DNA from: Mobula hypostoma
Taxonomy: Eukaryota
Assembly (NCBI RefSeq): GCF_963921235.1
Contig: NC_086107.1
Span: forward strand, 92,940,001-93,004,000
Direction: 5' to 3'
DNA: 64,000 nt
Shown here: positions 1 through 12,420 of the stretch, piece by piece
How positions within the stretch are numbered: position 1 is the first letter of the stretch
How the letters are laid out: each line of letters opens with the position of its first letter
Made by a program: the position numbers and the translations under genes
Notes under the pieces: model-generated
What the model was told of the DNA's origin: nothing
Databases searched by the model: none
Seen by the model: the letters and a program-made list of their open reading frames with translations, nothing else

Positions 1-1300
1 TATAAAAAATAATATTAAATCATCAGAAAGAAATGACATAAGATCAGAAGGAGTAGAGTCTCTATGGGTTGAGTTAAGAAATGGCAAGGCTAAAAGGACC
101 CCAAAGGCAGTTGTAGACAGGCCTCCAAAAAGCAGCCAAGATGTGGATTACAAATTACAGCAGGAGATAGAGAAGGCACATCAGAAGGGCAACGCCATGA
201 TAATCGTTGGGGATTTTAACATGAAAGTGGATTGGGAAAACCAGGCCAGTACTGGACCTCACGAGAGAGAAATTGTAGAATGTCTAAGGGAGTGTTTTTA
301 GAACAGCTTGTTGTTGAGCCCACTAGGGGATCGGCTGTGCTGGATTGGGTGTTGTGCAATGATCCGGAGGTGATAAGATACCTTAAGGTTAAGGAACCCT
401 GAGGGAACAGTGATCACAATACGATTGAGTTCACATTGAAATTTGAGGAGAAACTAAATTCCAATGTGTCGGTATTTCAGTGGAATAAAAGAAATTACAA
501 TGAGATGAGGGGGGATCCGGCGAAAGTTGAATGGAAAGGGACACTAGAAGGAAGAACAGCACAGCAGCAATGGCTACACTTTCTGCAGGAAATGAGGGAA
601 GTGCAAGAAAGGTATATTGGTGCAGGGGGGAGAGTTTCATATTTTGGGATCATTGGGATCTCTTCTGGGGAAGGTATGACCTATACAAAAAGAACGGGTT
701 AAACTTGAGCCTAAGGGGGACCAATACCCTTGCGGGCAGGTTTACTAGAGCAGTTCAGGAAGGTTTAAACTAATTTGGCAGGTGGATGGGAATGGGAGTG
801 ATATGGCTAAGGATGGGGCATCTATACATTTAGGTGCAGTATGTAGTGAGATTGTGAGGAAGGACAGGCAAATGATAGGGCAAAATTGCTGTCAGTGGGA
901 TAAGTTGAACTGTAACATGGGGGCAAAAGCAAAAAGGGTGATGAATACAGGACTGAAGTGTTATATTGGAATGCATGCAGTATACAGAATAAGGTAGATG
1001 ATCTTGTAGCTCAATTAGAGATTTGCAGATACGACGTTGTGGGCATCAATGAGTCATGGCTGAAAGAAGAACAGAATTAGGAGCTTAACACCCAAGGATA
1101 CACATTGTATCAAAGGAACAGGCAGATGGGGTACCTCTATTGGTAAAAAATTAAATCAAATCCTTAGAAAGAGTGAGTGACATAGGATCAGAAAATGCAG
1201 AATCCTTGCGGGTAAAGTTAAGAAACTGCAAGGATAAAACAACCCTGATGGGAGTTATATACAGTCCTCCAAATAGTAGCCAGGATGTTGGCTACAAATT
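1..1300 (+). mobile_element. Degraded CR1 LINE fragments (ORF2 AP-endonuclease; ORF1 end/ORF2 start)
   Basis: RPP...GDFN..VDW...SDHN endonuclease motifs and DHWDLFWGRYDLYKK.GL.L ORF1 esterase end, with stops and frameshifts. Confidence 0.85.
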
Positions 1301-1870
1301 AAATTAGATTATGAGGACACGCAGTCCTCTTTTATTGTCATTTAGTAATGCATGCATTAAGAAATGATACAATATTCCTCTGGTGTGATATCACAGAAAC
1401 ACAGGACAGACCAAGACTGAAAAACTAACAAAAAACACCTAATTATAACATATAGTTACAACAGTGCAACAATACCATAACTTGATGAAGAACAGGCCAT
1501 GGCACAGTAAAAAAGTTCAAAGTCTCCCGAAAGTCCCACATCTCACGCAGACGGGAGAAGGGAGAAAACTCTCCTTGCCATGCCCGACCACAGTCCGACT
1601 CTGAGTCGTCCGAAAACTTCAAGCTCTGATCAGTCCTCCGACACCGAGTACCGAGCACCATCTCTGCCGAATGCTTCGACCTCAGCCTCGGTCACCAGCA
1701 GCAGGCAAAGTCGGGGAGTTTGGGGCCTTCCCTCCGGAGATTGTCGATTGCACAGTAGCAGCAGCAGTGAACCTGGCATTTCAGAAATTTCTCCAGATGT
1801 TCCTCTGCTTCTCGCGTCTGTCTCCATCAAATCAGAATTGTGCACGGCGTCCTATTTACAAACACGATAT
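1301..1870 (-). mobile_element. Non-autonomous retroposon-like repeat, 3' part (5' end at 4261-4315, split by a CR1 insertion)
   Basis: Homologous to 59641-60213 in the opposite orientation; aatctaa-type 3' tail; sequence resumes after the CR1 tail at 4261. Confidence 0.75.
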
Positions 1871-4258
1871 CACTTACCAACTAGAGAGCAGGCTATTCTG
1901 GACTGGGTTTTGAACAATGAGGAAGGGTTAATTAGCGATCTTGTCGTGAGAGGTCCCTTGGGTAAGAGTGACCATAATATGGTGGAATTCTTCATTAAGA
2001 TGGAGAGTGACATAGTTAATTCAGAAACAAAGGTTCTGAACTTAAAGAGGGGTAACCTTGAAGGTATGAGACGTGAATTAGCTAAGATAGACTGGCAAAT
2101 GACACTTAAAGGATTGAGGGTGGATATGCAATGGCAAGCATTTAAAGGTTGCATGGACGAACTACAACAATTGTTCATCCCAGTTTGGCAAAAGAATAAA
2201 TCAAGGAAGGTAGTGCACCCGTGGCTGACAAGAGAAATTAGGGATAGTATCAATTCCAAAGAAGAAGCATACAAATTAGCCAGAGAAAGTGGCTCACCTG
2301 AGGACTGGGAGAAATTCAGAGTTCAGCAGAGGAGGACAAAGGGCTTAATTAGGAAGGGGAGAAAAGATTATGAGAGAAAACTGGCAGGGAACATAAAAAC
2401 GGACTGTAAAAGCTTTTATAGATATGTAAAAAGGAAAAGACTGGTAAAGACAAATGTAGGTCCCCTGCAGACAGAAACAGGTGAATTGATTATGGGGAGC
2501 AAGGACATGGCAGACCAATTGAATAGTTACTTTGGTTCTGTCTTCACTAAGGAGGACATAAATAATCTTCCAGAAATAGTAGGGGACAGAGGGTCCAGTG
2601 AGATGGAGGAACTGAGCGAAATACATGTTAGTAGGGAAGTGGTGTTAGGTAAATTGAAGGGATTGAAGGCAGATAAATCCCCAGGGCCAGATGGTCTGCA
2701 TCCTAGAGTGCTTAAGGAAGTAGCCCAAGAAATAGTGGATGCATTAGTGATAATTTTTCAAAACTCGTTAGATACTGGACTAGTTCCTGAGGATTGGAGG
2801 GTGGCTAATGTAACCCCACTTTTTAAAAAAGGAGGGAGAGAGAAACCGGGGATTATAGACCGGTTAGCCTAACGTCGGTGGTGGGGAAACTGCTGGAGTC
2901 AGTTATCAAAGATGTGATAACAGCACATTTGGAAAGCGGTGAAATCATCGGACAAAGTCAGCATGGATTTGTGAAAGGAAAATCATGTCTGACGAATCTC
3001 ATAGAATTTTTTGAGGATGTAACCAGTAGAGTGGATAGGGGAGAACCAGTGGATGTGGTATATTTGGATTTTCAAAAGGCTTTTGACAAGGTCCCACAAA
3101 GGAGATTAGTGTGCAAACTTAAAGCACACGGTATTGGGGGTAAGGTATTGATGTGGATGGAGAATTGGTTAGCAGACAGGAAGCAAAGAGTGGGAATAAA
3201 TGGGACTTTTTCAGAATGGCAGGCGGTGACTAGTGGGGTACCGCAAGGCTCAGTGCTGGGACCCCAGTTGTTTACAATATATATTAATGACTTGGATGAG
3301 GGAATTAAATGCAGCATCTCCAAGTTTGCAGATGACACGAAGCTGGGTGGCAGTGTTAGCTGTGAGGAGGATGCTAAGAGGATGCAGAGTGACTTGGATA
3401 GGTTGGGTGAGTGGGCAAACTCATGGCAGATGCAATTTAATGTGGATAAATGTGAAGTTATCCACTTTGGTGGCAAAAATAGGAAATCAGATTATTATCT
3501 GAATGGTGGCCGATTAGGAAAAGGGGAGGTGCAACGAGACCTGGGTGTCATTGTACACCAGTCATTGAAAGTGGGCATGCAGGTACAGCAGGTGGTGAAA
3601 AAGGCGAATGGTACGCTGGCATTTATAGCGAGAGGATTCGAATACAGGAGCAGGGAGGTACTCCTGCAGTTGTACAAGGCCTTGGTGAGACCACACCTGG
3701 AGTATTGTGTGCAGTTTTGGTCCCCTAATCTGAGGAAAGACATCCTTGCTATAGAGGGAGTACAAAGAAGGTTCACCAGATTGATTCCTGGGATGGCAGG
3801 ACTTTCATATGAAGAAAGACTGGATGAACTGGGTTTATACTCGTTGGAATTTAGAAGATTGAGGGGGGATCTGATTGAAACGTATAAAATCCTAAAGGGA
3901 TTGGACAGGCTAGATGCAGGAAGATTGTTCCCGATGTTGGGGAAGTCCAGAACAAGGGGCCACAGTTTGAGGATAAAGGGGAAGCCTTTTAGGACCGAGA
4001 TTAGGAAAAACTTCTTCACACAGAGAGTGGTGAATCTGTGGAATTCTCTGCCACAGGAAACAGTTGAGGCCAGTTCATTGGCTATATTTAAGAAGGAGTT
4101 AGATATGGCCGTTGTGGCTACGGGGATCAGGGGGTATGGAGGGAAGGCTGGGGTGGGGTTCTGAGTTGGATGATCAGCCATGATCATAATAAACGGCGAT
4201 GCAGGCTTGAAGGGCTGAATGGCCTACTCCTGCACCTATTTTCTATGTTTCTATGTTT
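1871..4258 (+). mobile_element. Young 5'-truncated CR1 LINE, ORF2 (end of AP-endonuclease plus RT) with a single frameshift
   Basis: ORFs to 2872 and 2878-4164 contain SDHN, KSPGPDG, YLDFQKAFDKVP, GVPQGSVLGP and FADD; (tttctatg)n 3' tail; 1-nt deletion near 2852 relative to the 28.8-kb copy. Confidence 0.97.
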
Positions 4259-4374
4259 TTATTTCACTGGAGAGCTGCGCGCGCTGCATCGCGCTGCCAT
4301 CTTCTCCTCCCTCCCTTCACTCTGTCCCTCCTTAAAGAGAGGAGTGACATTTGCGATTTTCCAGTCCTTCAATG

Positions 4375-7300
4375 GGACTGGAATCTCCCATTACAATGGG
4401 AGATAGAAAAGGCACGTCAAAAAGGCAATGTTACGATAGTAATGGGGGATTGTAACCTGGTGGTAGATTGGGAAAATCAGGTTGGTGCTGGATCTCAAGA
4501 AAGGGAATTTGTAAAATGCTTATGAGATGGCTTTTTAGGAGCTTCTTGTGGTTGAGCCCACTAGAGGAAAGGCACTTCTGGATTACTTTGTAGATGTTGT
4601 ATAATGAACCAAATTTGATTAGGGAGCTTAAGGTAAAGGAACCCGAAGCAGATAGTGATCGTAATGTGATTGAATTCATCCTGCAGTTTGAGACAGGAGA
4701 TGATAAAGTCAAATGTGTCAGTACTACAGTGAAGTAAAGGCATGAGAAAGGAGCTGGCCAAAGTTAACTGGAAGGAAACACCATCAGGGAAGATGACTGA
4801 ACAGTAATAGCTGGAGTTTTGGGGCCAATTCTGAAGGTAAGAAACATCTCAAAGATGAAGAAACATTCTAAAGGGAGGCTCAGGCAACTGTTGTTGACAC
4901 GTGATGTCAAAGACAACATATAAGCAAAACAGAGGGCATACAATATAGCAATAATTAGTGGGCAGTTAGAGGATTTGTAAAGTTTTAAAGACCAATGGCA
5001 ACCAAAGAGCCATAAAGAGCGAACAGATTAAATATGAAGGGAAACTAGCTGATAAAATATAAGAGGACACATATGTTTTTATTCAAATAACTGCATAAAG
5101 AGTAAAGGAAAGGCAAGAGTGGATACTGGACCGCTGGAAAATGATGCTGGAGATGTGGTAATGGGGACAAAGAAATGGTGCACAAATTTTGCACCAGCCT
5201 TCACTGTGGAAGACACTAACAGTACACCAGAAATGCGAAGAGTGTCACAGGACAGAAGTGAGTGTATCTAAGGAGATGATGCTTGGGAAGCTGGAAGGTC
5301 AAGGTAGAAAAGTCACCTGAACCAGATGGACTAACCCAGGGTTCTGAAAGAGGTGGCTGAAGAGATTGTGGAGGCATTAGTAATGAGCTTACAAGGATCA
5401 CTAAGTTCTGAAATGGTTCTGGAGGACTGGAAAATTGCAAATGTCACTCCTCGCTTTAAGGGGGGGCCGAGCCAAGTTAAGATGGCACTAAACAGCAACT
5501 CCTTTGCTTCCATCTTCAGAAATAGCCCTATTTCTACCTTTGATATCTCCTTTTTTTTTCCTTTTCAAGGTTCTTTTGAAGACCCTGACCTGGAGTTACA
5601 CTCTGACTCTGGATCTTGCGGGAATGAAACCTGCTCTCAGGGCCTCACGACCGGCGCTTTTTGATATCCCAAGGACCTGCCCTGGAAGACTAGCGTGCCT
5701 TCAGGGTGCCGGATTTTCGTGGCTCTGGAGACGGGCTGATTCAAGGCCGGTGCCCCTGACACCGCGGGAGAACACGGAACATCGGCAGCAGCGAGTTAGC
5801 CGCTGCGGGCTGTGTCCAGAGACCCGAGTCTTTCTGGGGCCAAATCTCCGGGCACAGAGCTCGGAAAAAGCGACGCAACGGACTTTTAACATCATAAATC
5901 AGTGAGTTGTTTGTTATGTTTCCCCTCTCACTGCGAAACAGGGACACCTCTTTTTCCTTTATTAGGGAGAGAGAGAATGCCTGTGGTATGTCGAATTACC
6001 GGGTGAACGAGTAGTCTTTGGGGTACTGCAAGTCTATGTCTTTATTGATGCTTTGCTGCATGCCTGAATGCTCGGTTGAGGGCGCAAATGCTTTTTGCTG
6101 GTGGGGAGGGTGTGCTGTGGCCTTGCTGCTGCTTGTGCCTGGTAGGGAGAGTTGGTGGAGGGACTTCGGGGTTCTAACATTTAACTGTCATTCATTCTTT
6201 GGGGCACTCCTCTGTTTTCGTGGATGTTTGCAAAGAAAAGGAATTTCAGGATGTATATTGTATACATTTCTTTGACATTAAATGTACCTACTGACCTACT
6301 GAAAAAGCGAGGGAGACAGAAGAAAGCAAATTGTAGGGCAGTTAGCCTGACTTCCATGGTTGGGAAGAAGTTGGAGTCCATTATAAAGAATGAGGTTTCA
6401 GGGTACTTGGAGTCACATGATAAAAATCATGGTTTCCTTAAGGCCAAAGTCAGCATGGTTTCCTTAAGGGGAAATCTTTTTGGAATTATTTGAGGAAATA
6501 ACAAGCACAATAGACAAAGGAGAGTCAGTGGATGTTGTTTACTTGGATTTTCAGAAGGCCTTTGACAATGTGCTGCACATGAGGCTGCATAACAAGAGCC
6601 CAAGGTATTACAGGAGAGATACTAACATGGATAGAAGATTGGAGGCTAAGAGTGGCTGCCTTTTCTGTTATATGTCAATGATTTGGATGACGGAATTGAT
6701 GGCTTTGTGGCCAAGTTTGCGGATGATACAAAGATAGGTGGAGGGGCAGATAGTGTTGAGGAAGTAGGGAATCTACAGGAGGACACAGACAGATTAGGAG
6801 AATGAGCAAAGAAGTGATAGATTGAATACAGTGTAGGGAAGTGTATGGCCATGCACTTTGGTAGAAGGAATAAAGATATAGACTATTTTCTAAATGGGGA
6901 GAAAATTAAAAATCAAAGGTGCAAAGGGGCTTAGGAATCCTTGTGCAGGATTCCCTAAAGGTTAACTTGCAGGAAGCCAAATGCAATGTTAGCATTCATT
7001 TCGAGGGGATTAGAATACAAAAGCAAAAATGTAATTCTGAGGTTTTTTAAGGCATTGGTCAGGCTGCAGTTGGAGTATTGGGAACAGTTTTTGGCCTCTT
7101 ATCTGAGAAAAGATATGCTGGCATTGGAGAGGTTCCAGAGGAGGGTCACGAGAATGATTCCATGAATTGAAAGGGTTAACAGTTGAGGAGTGTTTGATGG
7201 TTCTGGGCCTGTACTTGCTGCAGTTTAGAAGAATGAGTTGGGGGGGGTGGGGGAAGAGGGGGAATCTCATTGAAGCCTACCAAATTTTGAAAGGTCTGGA

Positions 7301-7630
7301 TAGAGCGGATGTCTCGTATAGTGAGTGAGTCCAGAACGGGAGGGTCTCAAGACTAGAGGGATGTCCATTAAGAACAGAGATGAGGAGAAATTTCTTTAGC
7401 CAGAGAGTAGTGAATCTGTGGATTTGATTGCCATGGGTGGCTGTGGAGGCGAAAATCACTGAGTATATTTAAAGTGGAGGTTGATAGCTTCTTCATTAGT
7501 CGGGGAGTCAAAGATTACAGGGAGAAGGCAGGAGAATGGGGTTGAGAGGGATAATAGATCAGTCATGATGGAATGGCAGAGCAGACTCGATGGGCTGAAT
7601 GGCCTACTTCTGTTCCTATGTCTTATGGAT
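4375..7630 (+). mobile_element. Old degraded CR1 ORF2 to 3' UTR, interrupted at 5461-6301
   Basis: EDWKIANVTP.FK, VDVVYLDFQKAFD, FADD and 3' tail motifs with many stops. Confidence 0.88.
5461..6301 (+). mobile_element. ~840-bp non-coding retroposon-like repeat inserted in CR1
   Basis: Interrupts the CR1 TPxFK|KxGR sequence; (cctactga)n tail; 5'-truncated sibling at ~22012-22597. Confidence 0.75.
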
Positions 7631-7741
7631 ATTTCATCTATTCGCTGGATGCGGGCGAAGGGGGCCATCCATTAACAAATGTTCCTTCAGCTGCATTTAA
7701 AACCTCTCCAGCAATAGGGTGAAAGAACTGCATTGTTAAGA

Positions 7742-7788
7742 TTAAACTCCTACTGTTGATGCATCACGGACACTTGGTTCGATACCTG
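7742..7788 (-). CDS. Candidate terminal exon ((A)GIEPSVRDASTVGV*) following the micro-exon
   Basis: Pyrimidine tract cccttcacttgccctgtttcttcgcaccgt then a TAG|CAG| tandem acceptor; phase-1 compatible; TAA at 7744-7742. Confidence 0.25.
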
Positions 7789-8196
7789 CTAACGGTGCGA
7801 AGAAACAGGGCAAGTGAAGGGTGACATGAGCATCTGTTCGGGCCCCAGTTCTCTCAAGTGCCACAAAGTGCTGGAATTATTCAGTGGGTTTGCAGCACCC
7901 ACGGAGAAGGAGAGTGATTTGTACTTTCACATAGTTGTCCTTCTGTCTCTTACAGGGCATAAAACAGGTTTAAGATTTAGGGGAAGGAGAGAAAAGAGGA
8001 ATAGTGGCCAAGACTAGCTGGAAATGGGATGGGTGTCTAGATGTTTACACTGAACCCGCCGGTGGGCAACATGTTTCAATGTCAAACCATCATGGTCAAC
8101 TCTGACATACCTATTAACGTCCCGGACTCTCCCCTCCCCTTAATCATTCTTACTTTACCCAAACAGCTCGATCTCCGTGCCAACCAAACATCATAC

Positions 8197-8222
8197 CTCG
8201 AGTTTTCTTCTTTCTCTTAGGC
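8197..8222 (-). CDS. Candidate 26-nt micro-exon (PKRKKKTR), possible alternative GARIN C-terminus
   Basis: Branch-like gctaac plus tactttatccaacag| acceptor and GAG|GTATGA donor. In frame if exon 4 uses the CC|GTAGGT donor at 12425. Confidence 0.35.
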
Positions 8223-8329
8223 CTGTTGGATAAAGTATGATGGCAGTTAGCGGGAAAGCGAATTGTGACAATGGCGCACATGCAGTGATTTGTATCACAC
8301 TGTAACCATCGCGATCAAGGCGAAAGTCC

Positions 8330-8770
8330 AAAGCTCAAAGTAAAACTTATTACATACACGCCACCACATACTACCCCAAGAGTCTTATTGCTGCGGGCAT
8401 ACTCAGCAAATCTATAGAATGGTAACTGTAAACAGGATCAACGAAAGAGCAAGAACATAGAAGATAACAAACTGTGCAAATACAAATATAAATAAATAGC
8501 AATAAATAACGAGAGCATGTAATAACAAGATAAAGAGTCCTTAAAGTGAGATCATTGGTTGAGAGGGTATTTCAATAGATGAGTGTAGTTATCTTCTTTT
8601 GTTCAAGAGCCTGATATTTGCGGGATAGTGACTGCTCTTGAACCTGGTGGTGTGAGTCCTGAGGCTCTTGTACCTTCTACCTGAAGGCAGCAGTGAGAAA
8701 AGAGGATGGCCTGGGGGGTGCTGACGACCTTTGATGATGCTTTCCTACGACAGCACTTCATGTAGATGTG
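8330..8770 (-). mobile_element. Rex1/Babar-like LINE 3' fragment
   Basis: IIK...HPPGHPLFSLLPSGRRYKSLRTHTTRFK.S on the minus strand, plus a tttactttga-type tail. Confidence 0.7.
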
Positions 8771-8844
8771 AAGTAGGGGGAGCCAGAGGGAGGGCTGGAG
8801 ACAATCTCAAAGTTCAAAGTAAATTATCAAAGGACACATATGTG

Positions 8845-9225
8845 TGGCGGGGTGGCGCTGTGTCTCTACCAAAGGAGGTGTAAGGCACGCCTTCCCTCCA
8901 CTAGCTTTCAGGTCACCCTTGGGCAAGGTGTAGCACCTGCTTAGCCCCACAATTAGGGTCACATAAAGCCATGGGAGTAGGTGGTGGATGGTCGGATGAG
9001 CAGCTGGTGCATATCACAAGTCCTGTTTATGCGACCACTGACGCCGGGCAGACAATCTCTGAAGAGCATTGATAATGGCTGGGGTCACCCATCTTGTAAA
9101 GACACTTCCCAGAGGAAGGCAATAGGGGCAAGACACTTCTGTTGAAAAATCTTGCAGGAACAATCACGGTCATGGAAAGACAATGATCGCCTACGTCACA
9201 TGATACGGCACATAACGATGATGAC
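8845..9225 (+). mobile_element. ~380-bp SINE-like repeat with RTE-type 3' end (siblings ~32145-32530 -, ~35185-35540 +, ~62470-62850 -)
   Basis: Four homologous copies in the window; gaaggcaatggcaaaccact motif and (gat)n tail resemble RTE 3' ends. Confidence 0.7.
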
Positions 9226-9640
9226 ACGTATGTCTTTTGCACATTGGTCATCATATACCATACAACCCTGAGATTAATTTTCTTGCGGGCATTCACAGAA
9301 CAAAAAAAAACAATCGAATCAATGAAAAACTACACACAAAGACTGACAACCAATGTGCAAAAGACAAACTGCAAGTACAAAAAAAATAAAATAATAATAA
9401 TAAAAATATAAAATAATACCAAGGAAATTAATTGTAAAGCCTTGAAGCTGAGTCCATAGGAATCAGATGAGAGTTGAGATGATTACACGATTGATCTACT
9501 GAATATTGGTCGATTCCAACAGCGCACAAGGAAATTTTGCAGCTTTTTCCACCCTTGGAAACTCTTCCAAGAGCTTTCTGACTGGAGCCAACCCTTCTAC
9601 CATCACCCATTTCCCTACGCCCTCAACTCTAATCCATTGA

Positions 9641-10265
9641 CATTCAGTAGCCACTTTATTAGGTTCCTCCTGTACCCACTTTATTAGAACCTCCTCTACC
9701 CAATAAAGCGGCCACTGAGCATAAGTTTGTGGTCTTCTGCTGCTGTAGCCCCTCCACTTCAAGATTCAGAGATGCTTTTCTGCACACCACTGTTGTAACA
9801 CATGGCTATTTGAGTTAATGTTGTCTTCCTGTTAGCTTGAACCAGTCTGGCCATTCTCCTCTGATCCCTCTCATTAACAGGGCTTTTATGCCCACAGAAC
9901 TGCCGCTCACTGGAGCATTAACTGTAAACTCTAGAGCAGGGGTTCCTAACCTTTTTTATGCCATGGACCAATACCGAGAGGTCTGTGGGCCCCAGGTTGA
10001 GAAGCCCTGCACTAGAGTTGTGAGCTGTTGTGTGTGAGAATCCCAGGGATTCAGCAGTTTCTGCTATACTCAAACCATCAACAATCATTCCAAGGTCAAA
10101 GTCACGAATATCATAGATCTTCCCCATTCTGACGTTTGGTCTGAACAACAACTGAACCTCTTGACCATGTCTGCATGCTGTTAAGCGTTGAGTTGCTGCC
10201 ACGTGATTGGCGGATTAGATTAGCAGGAGGTGTACAGGTGCTCCTAATAAAGTGGTCACTGAGTA
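9641..10265 (-). mobile_element. Non-autonomous Tc1-like DNA transposon
   Basis: TIRs cattcagtagccactttattagg / cctaataaagtggtcactgagt; remnant transposase HTH MGKIYDIRDFDLGMIV...SIAETAESLGFSHTT. Confidence 0.85.
9937..10009. mobile_element. 73-bp hAT (Charlie-like) MITE nested in Tc1
   Basis: CAGGG...CCCTG termini; 8-bp TSD ctctagag (9929-9936) / cactagag (10010-10017); empty site at 61316-61323. Confidence 0.85.
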
Positions 10266-11734
10266 TATGTTTCTAATCCATTCTCCAACTGTCCTCTATT
10301 ATCCTCTGCATTTTGCAGTTCTCCACAAGTCTTCCCGGTAAATGAATTCCTCTTCAATTTCCCTGCTGCTTCTTTTGGCAATTCTCTTTGTGAAGTTGCC
10401 TCTGGCCAGTAGCTCTCACACGGTCCCCAGCCCTGCCCTAGCATCCTGAACCCATAGAACATCAGCATTGCTCCCACAATCCTAACCCATGCGAATCCTG
10501 TCTCCGTCACCCCACCCTCACCACCATCCACAGCCTCTCTCCCTCCCACCGTCCTTCGCCTTTTCAAATGGAACCGTTTACTATTAGTAAGAAAAAACCA
10601 TCCTGTGGAGTTTAGAATTTAAAAAAAATATATAAAATATGCTCGAAACACTCAGCAAATCAAGCACCGTCTGTGGAGGAAGAAGCTGAGGTAATATTTC
10701 ATCTACCTGAAATGTTAACTCATTTTTTTCCTCTCTTGTATCACTTATGAGGTTAGGTTGAGCGAGCTAGGGCTTTTCTCATTGAAGTGAAGGAGGCGTT
10801 GATTGTGGACAGCCAGAGAATCTTTCCCAGAGCAGCAAATGGCTAATACTGGAGTATTAATACATAAAGGTACTTTTAAGGTGAACAGAGGACAGTTTAG
10901 GGGAATGTCAAAATTGTAAAATTATTGATTTTTTTTTACACACACACTCACAGATCATGCTTGATCGTACTGCAGGGGGTTAGTCGTAGAGGCAGATCCA
11001 ATAGGGATTCTTAAGAGGCTCTTAGACAGATACAGTCCATGGATATAAGAACAATAGAGAGTAATGGGCCAGCCAGGAGAGACAAATTAGATTAATGGTG
11101 GAATAGGTCAACAGAACATTATGGCCAAAGGACCTGTACTATATTTAAAAAACTGCGTTTGCGTAGAGCCTTTTAGAATCACTGAAGTACTTTTGCAATG
11201 CTGTATTGTAGGAAAAAGATTGTCAATTTGTACGCAGTCAGGCCCATATGGACAGCAATATTGGCCAGTGATTTGATTTTACCAATATTAATTCAAGGTT
11301 AACCATTCTGAAGGTTATCTGCACAACTCTTAAAACTGTTAGATGGATAGAGTGGAAACAAGCCCTTCACTTCATTGAGTTGATACTGACCATCAAATAG
11401 CCAGTTACAACAATCCTAGCTGATTCCATTTCTACCGAGCAACGTGGCCGTGCTACGTTGGTGACACTTGTGGGCTCCCCCCAGCACACCTTTCGGTTGT
11501 GTTGGTTGTTAACGCAAAGAGCACATTTCACTGTACTTTTCCACGTATTAATCCAAATTTGAATTGCAATGTCCGACTGCTGTTTGGGGTGTGGGAGGAA
11601 ACCGGAGCACCCAGGGGAAACCCATGCGGTCGCGGGGTGAGTGTGCAAACTCCACACAGACAGTGCTGGACGTTGGAATTGATCCCGGAGCTCGGAAGCA
11701 GGGATTTACTCACTGCGCCGCTGTGGCGTAGAGG

Positions 11735-11945
11735 TGCGGCTTACTTGCCAGTCGGAAGCCGCTTTCGTGGATCGGTTAGTTTAAAAGCCGCAGGCGCCCT
11801 TCCCATTGTTGGCTTGCGCGCCACAGCACCTGGCGTCCAGTTTCAAACACCCCGGGTATAAAGAGTAACACACGTGCGAGAGGCTCACACTCTCTTTCCT
11901 TTTGTTCTCAGGGGGCGCCTCGCAGAACCGTCAGGAAGGTATGCT
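11735..11945 (+). promoter_or_regulatory. Candidate CpG-rich promoter with TATA, TCT/TOP-like start and short first exon
   Basis: CGGAAG (~11753), TATAAA 11857-11862, CACGTG 11871-11876, ctctctttccttttg at ~11890, donor AAG|GTATGC after 11938. Confidence 0.4.
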
Positions 11946-12357
11946 CCGCACGCACTTTTAACTAAGTGTCTATTGAATATTTAATTCTGTAGTTTGTGTA
12001 ACTTGGAGGGACTTAAATGGTTGGTCAATTTTTTAAAACTATTTTAAAATAAATGATTAATATGCTTATTTGTAGTCAGTGTTTTCGGTCTCACTCACCA
12101 AACCTGTGAACCTGCTTCCACGTTACAGCCACGCAAATTTGGTCTGGCTGGGATTAATGGAGACCTTCTCAGCAGAGGCAGAGACGGTAGCCCTAGTCCA
12201 TTCTATTGAATAACACTTCCCTCCGAGAGAGGAGATGGAATTTTGTTTCGATTCCACATCTACACCTTCTCTCCCTCCGTACCACAGTGATGTTGGACTT
12301 TCTCTGAGTAAGAGCCCAACTCCACCCACCCTGATCTATCACCCTACTCACTGCTGA

Positions 12358-12358
<1 letters not shown>

Positions 12359-12392
<34 letters not shown>
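12359..12392. repeat. (CA)n microsatellite
   Basis: Uninterrupted CA run. Confidence 0.95.
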
Positions 12393-12395
<3 letters not shown>

Positions 12396-12420
12396 CCTAC
12401 AGCACCCAGAAGGGGGATAC

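Noticed and set aside
1580..2872. 430-aa ORF with a novel Ser-rich N-terminus
   Set aside because: Chance read-through from the antisense strand of a non-coding repeat (to ~1870) into truncated CR1 ORF2; not a host gene.
3072..4187. Long minus-strand ORFs opposite CR1 RT
   Set aside because: Antisense shadows of an intact coding frame, repeated in each CR1 copy.
9430..10567. Minus-strand ORFs on both sides of the Tc1 element that might join into one gene
   Set aside because: The frame is continuous only if no TA duplication is removed; with normal TSD removal a stop appears. No recognisable homology or splice sites.
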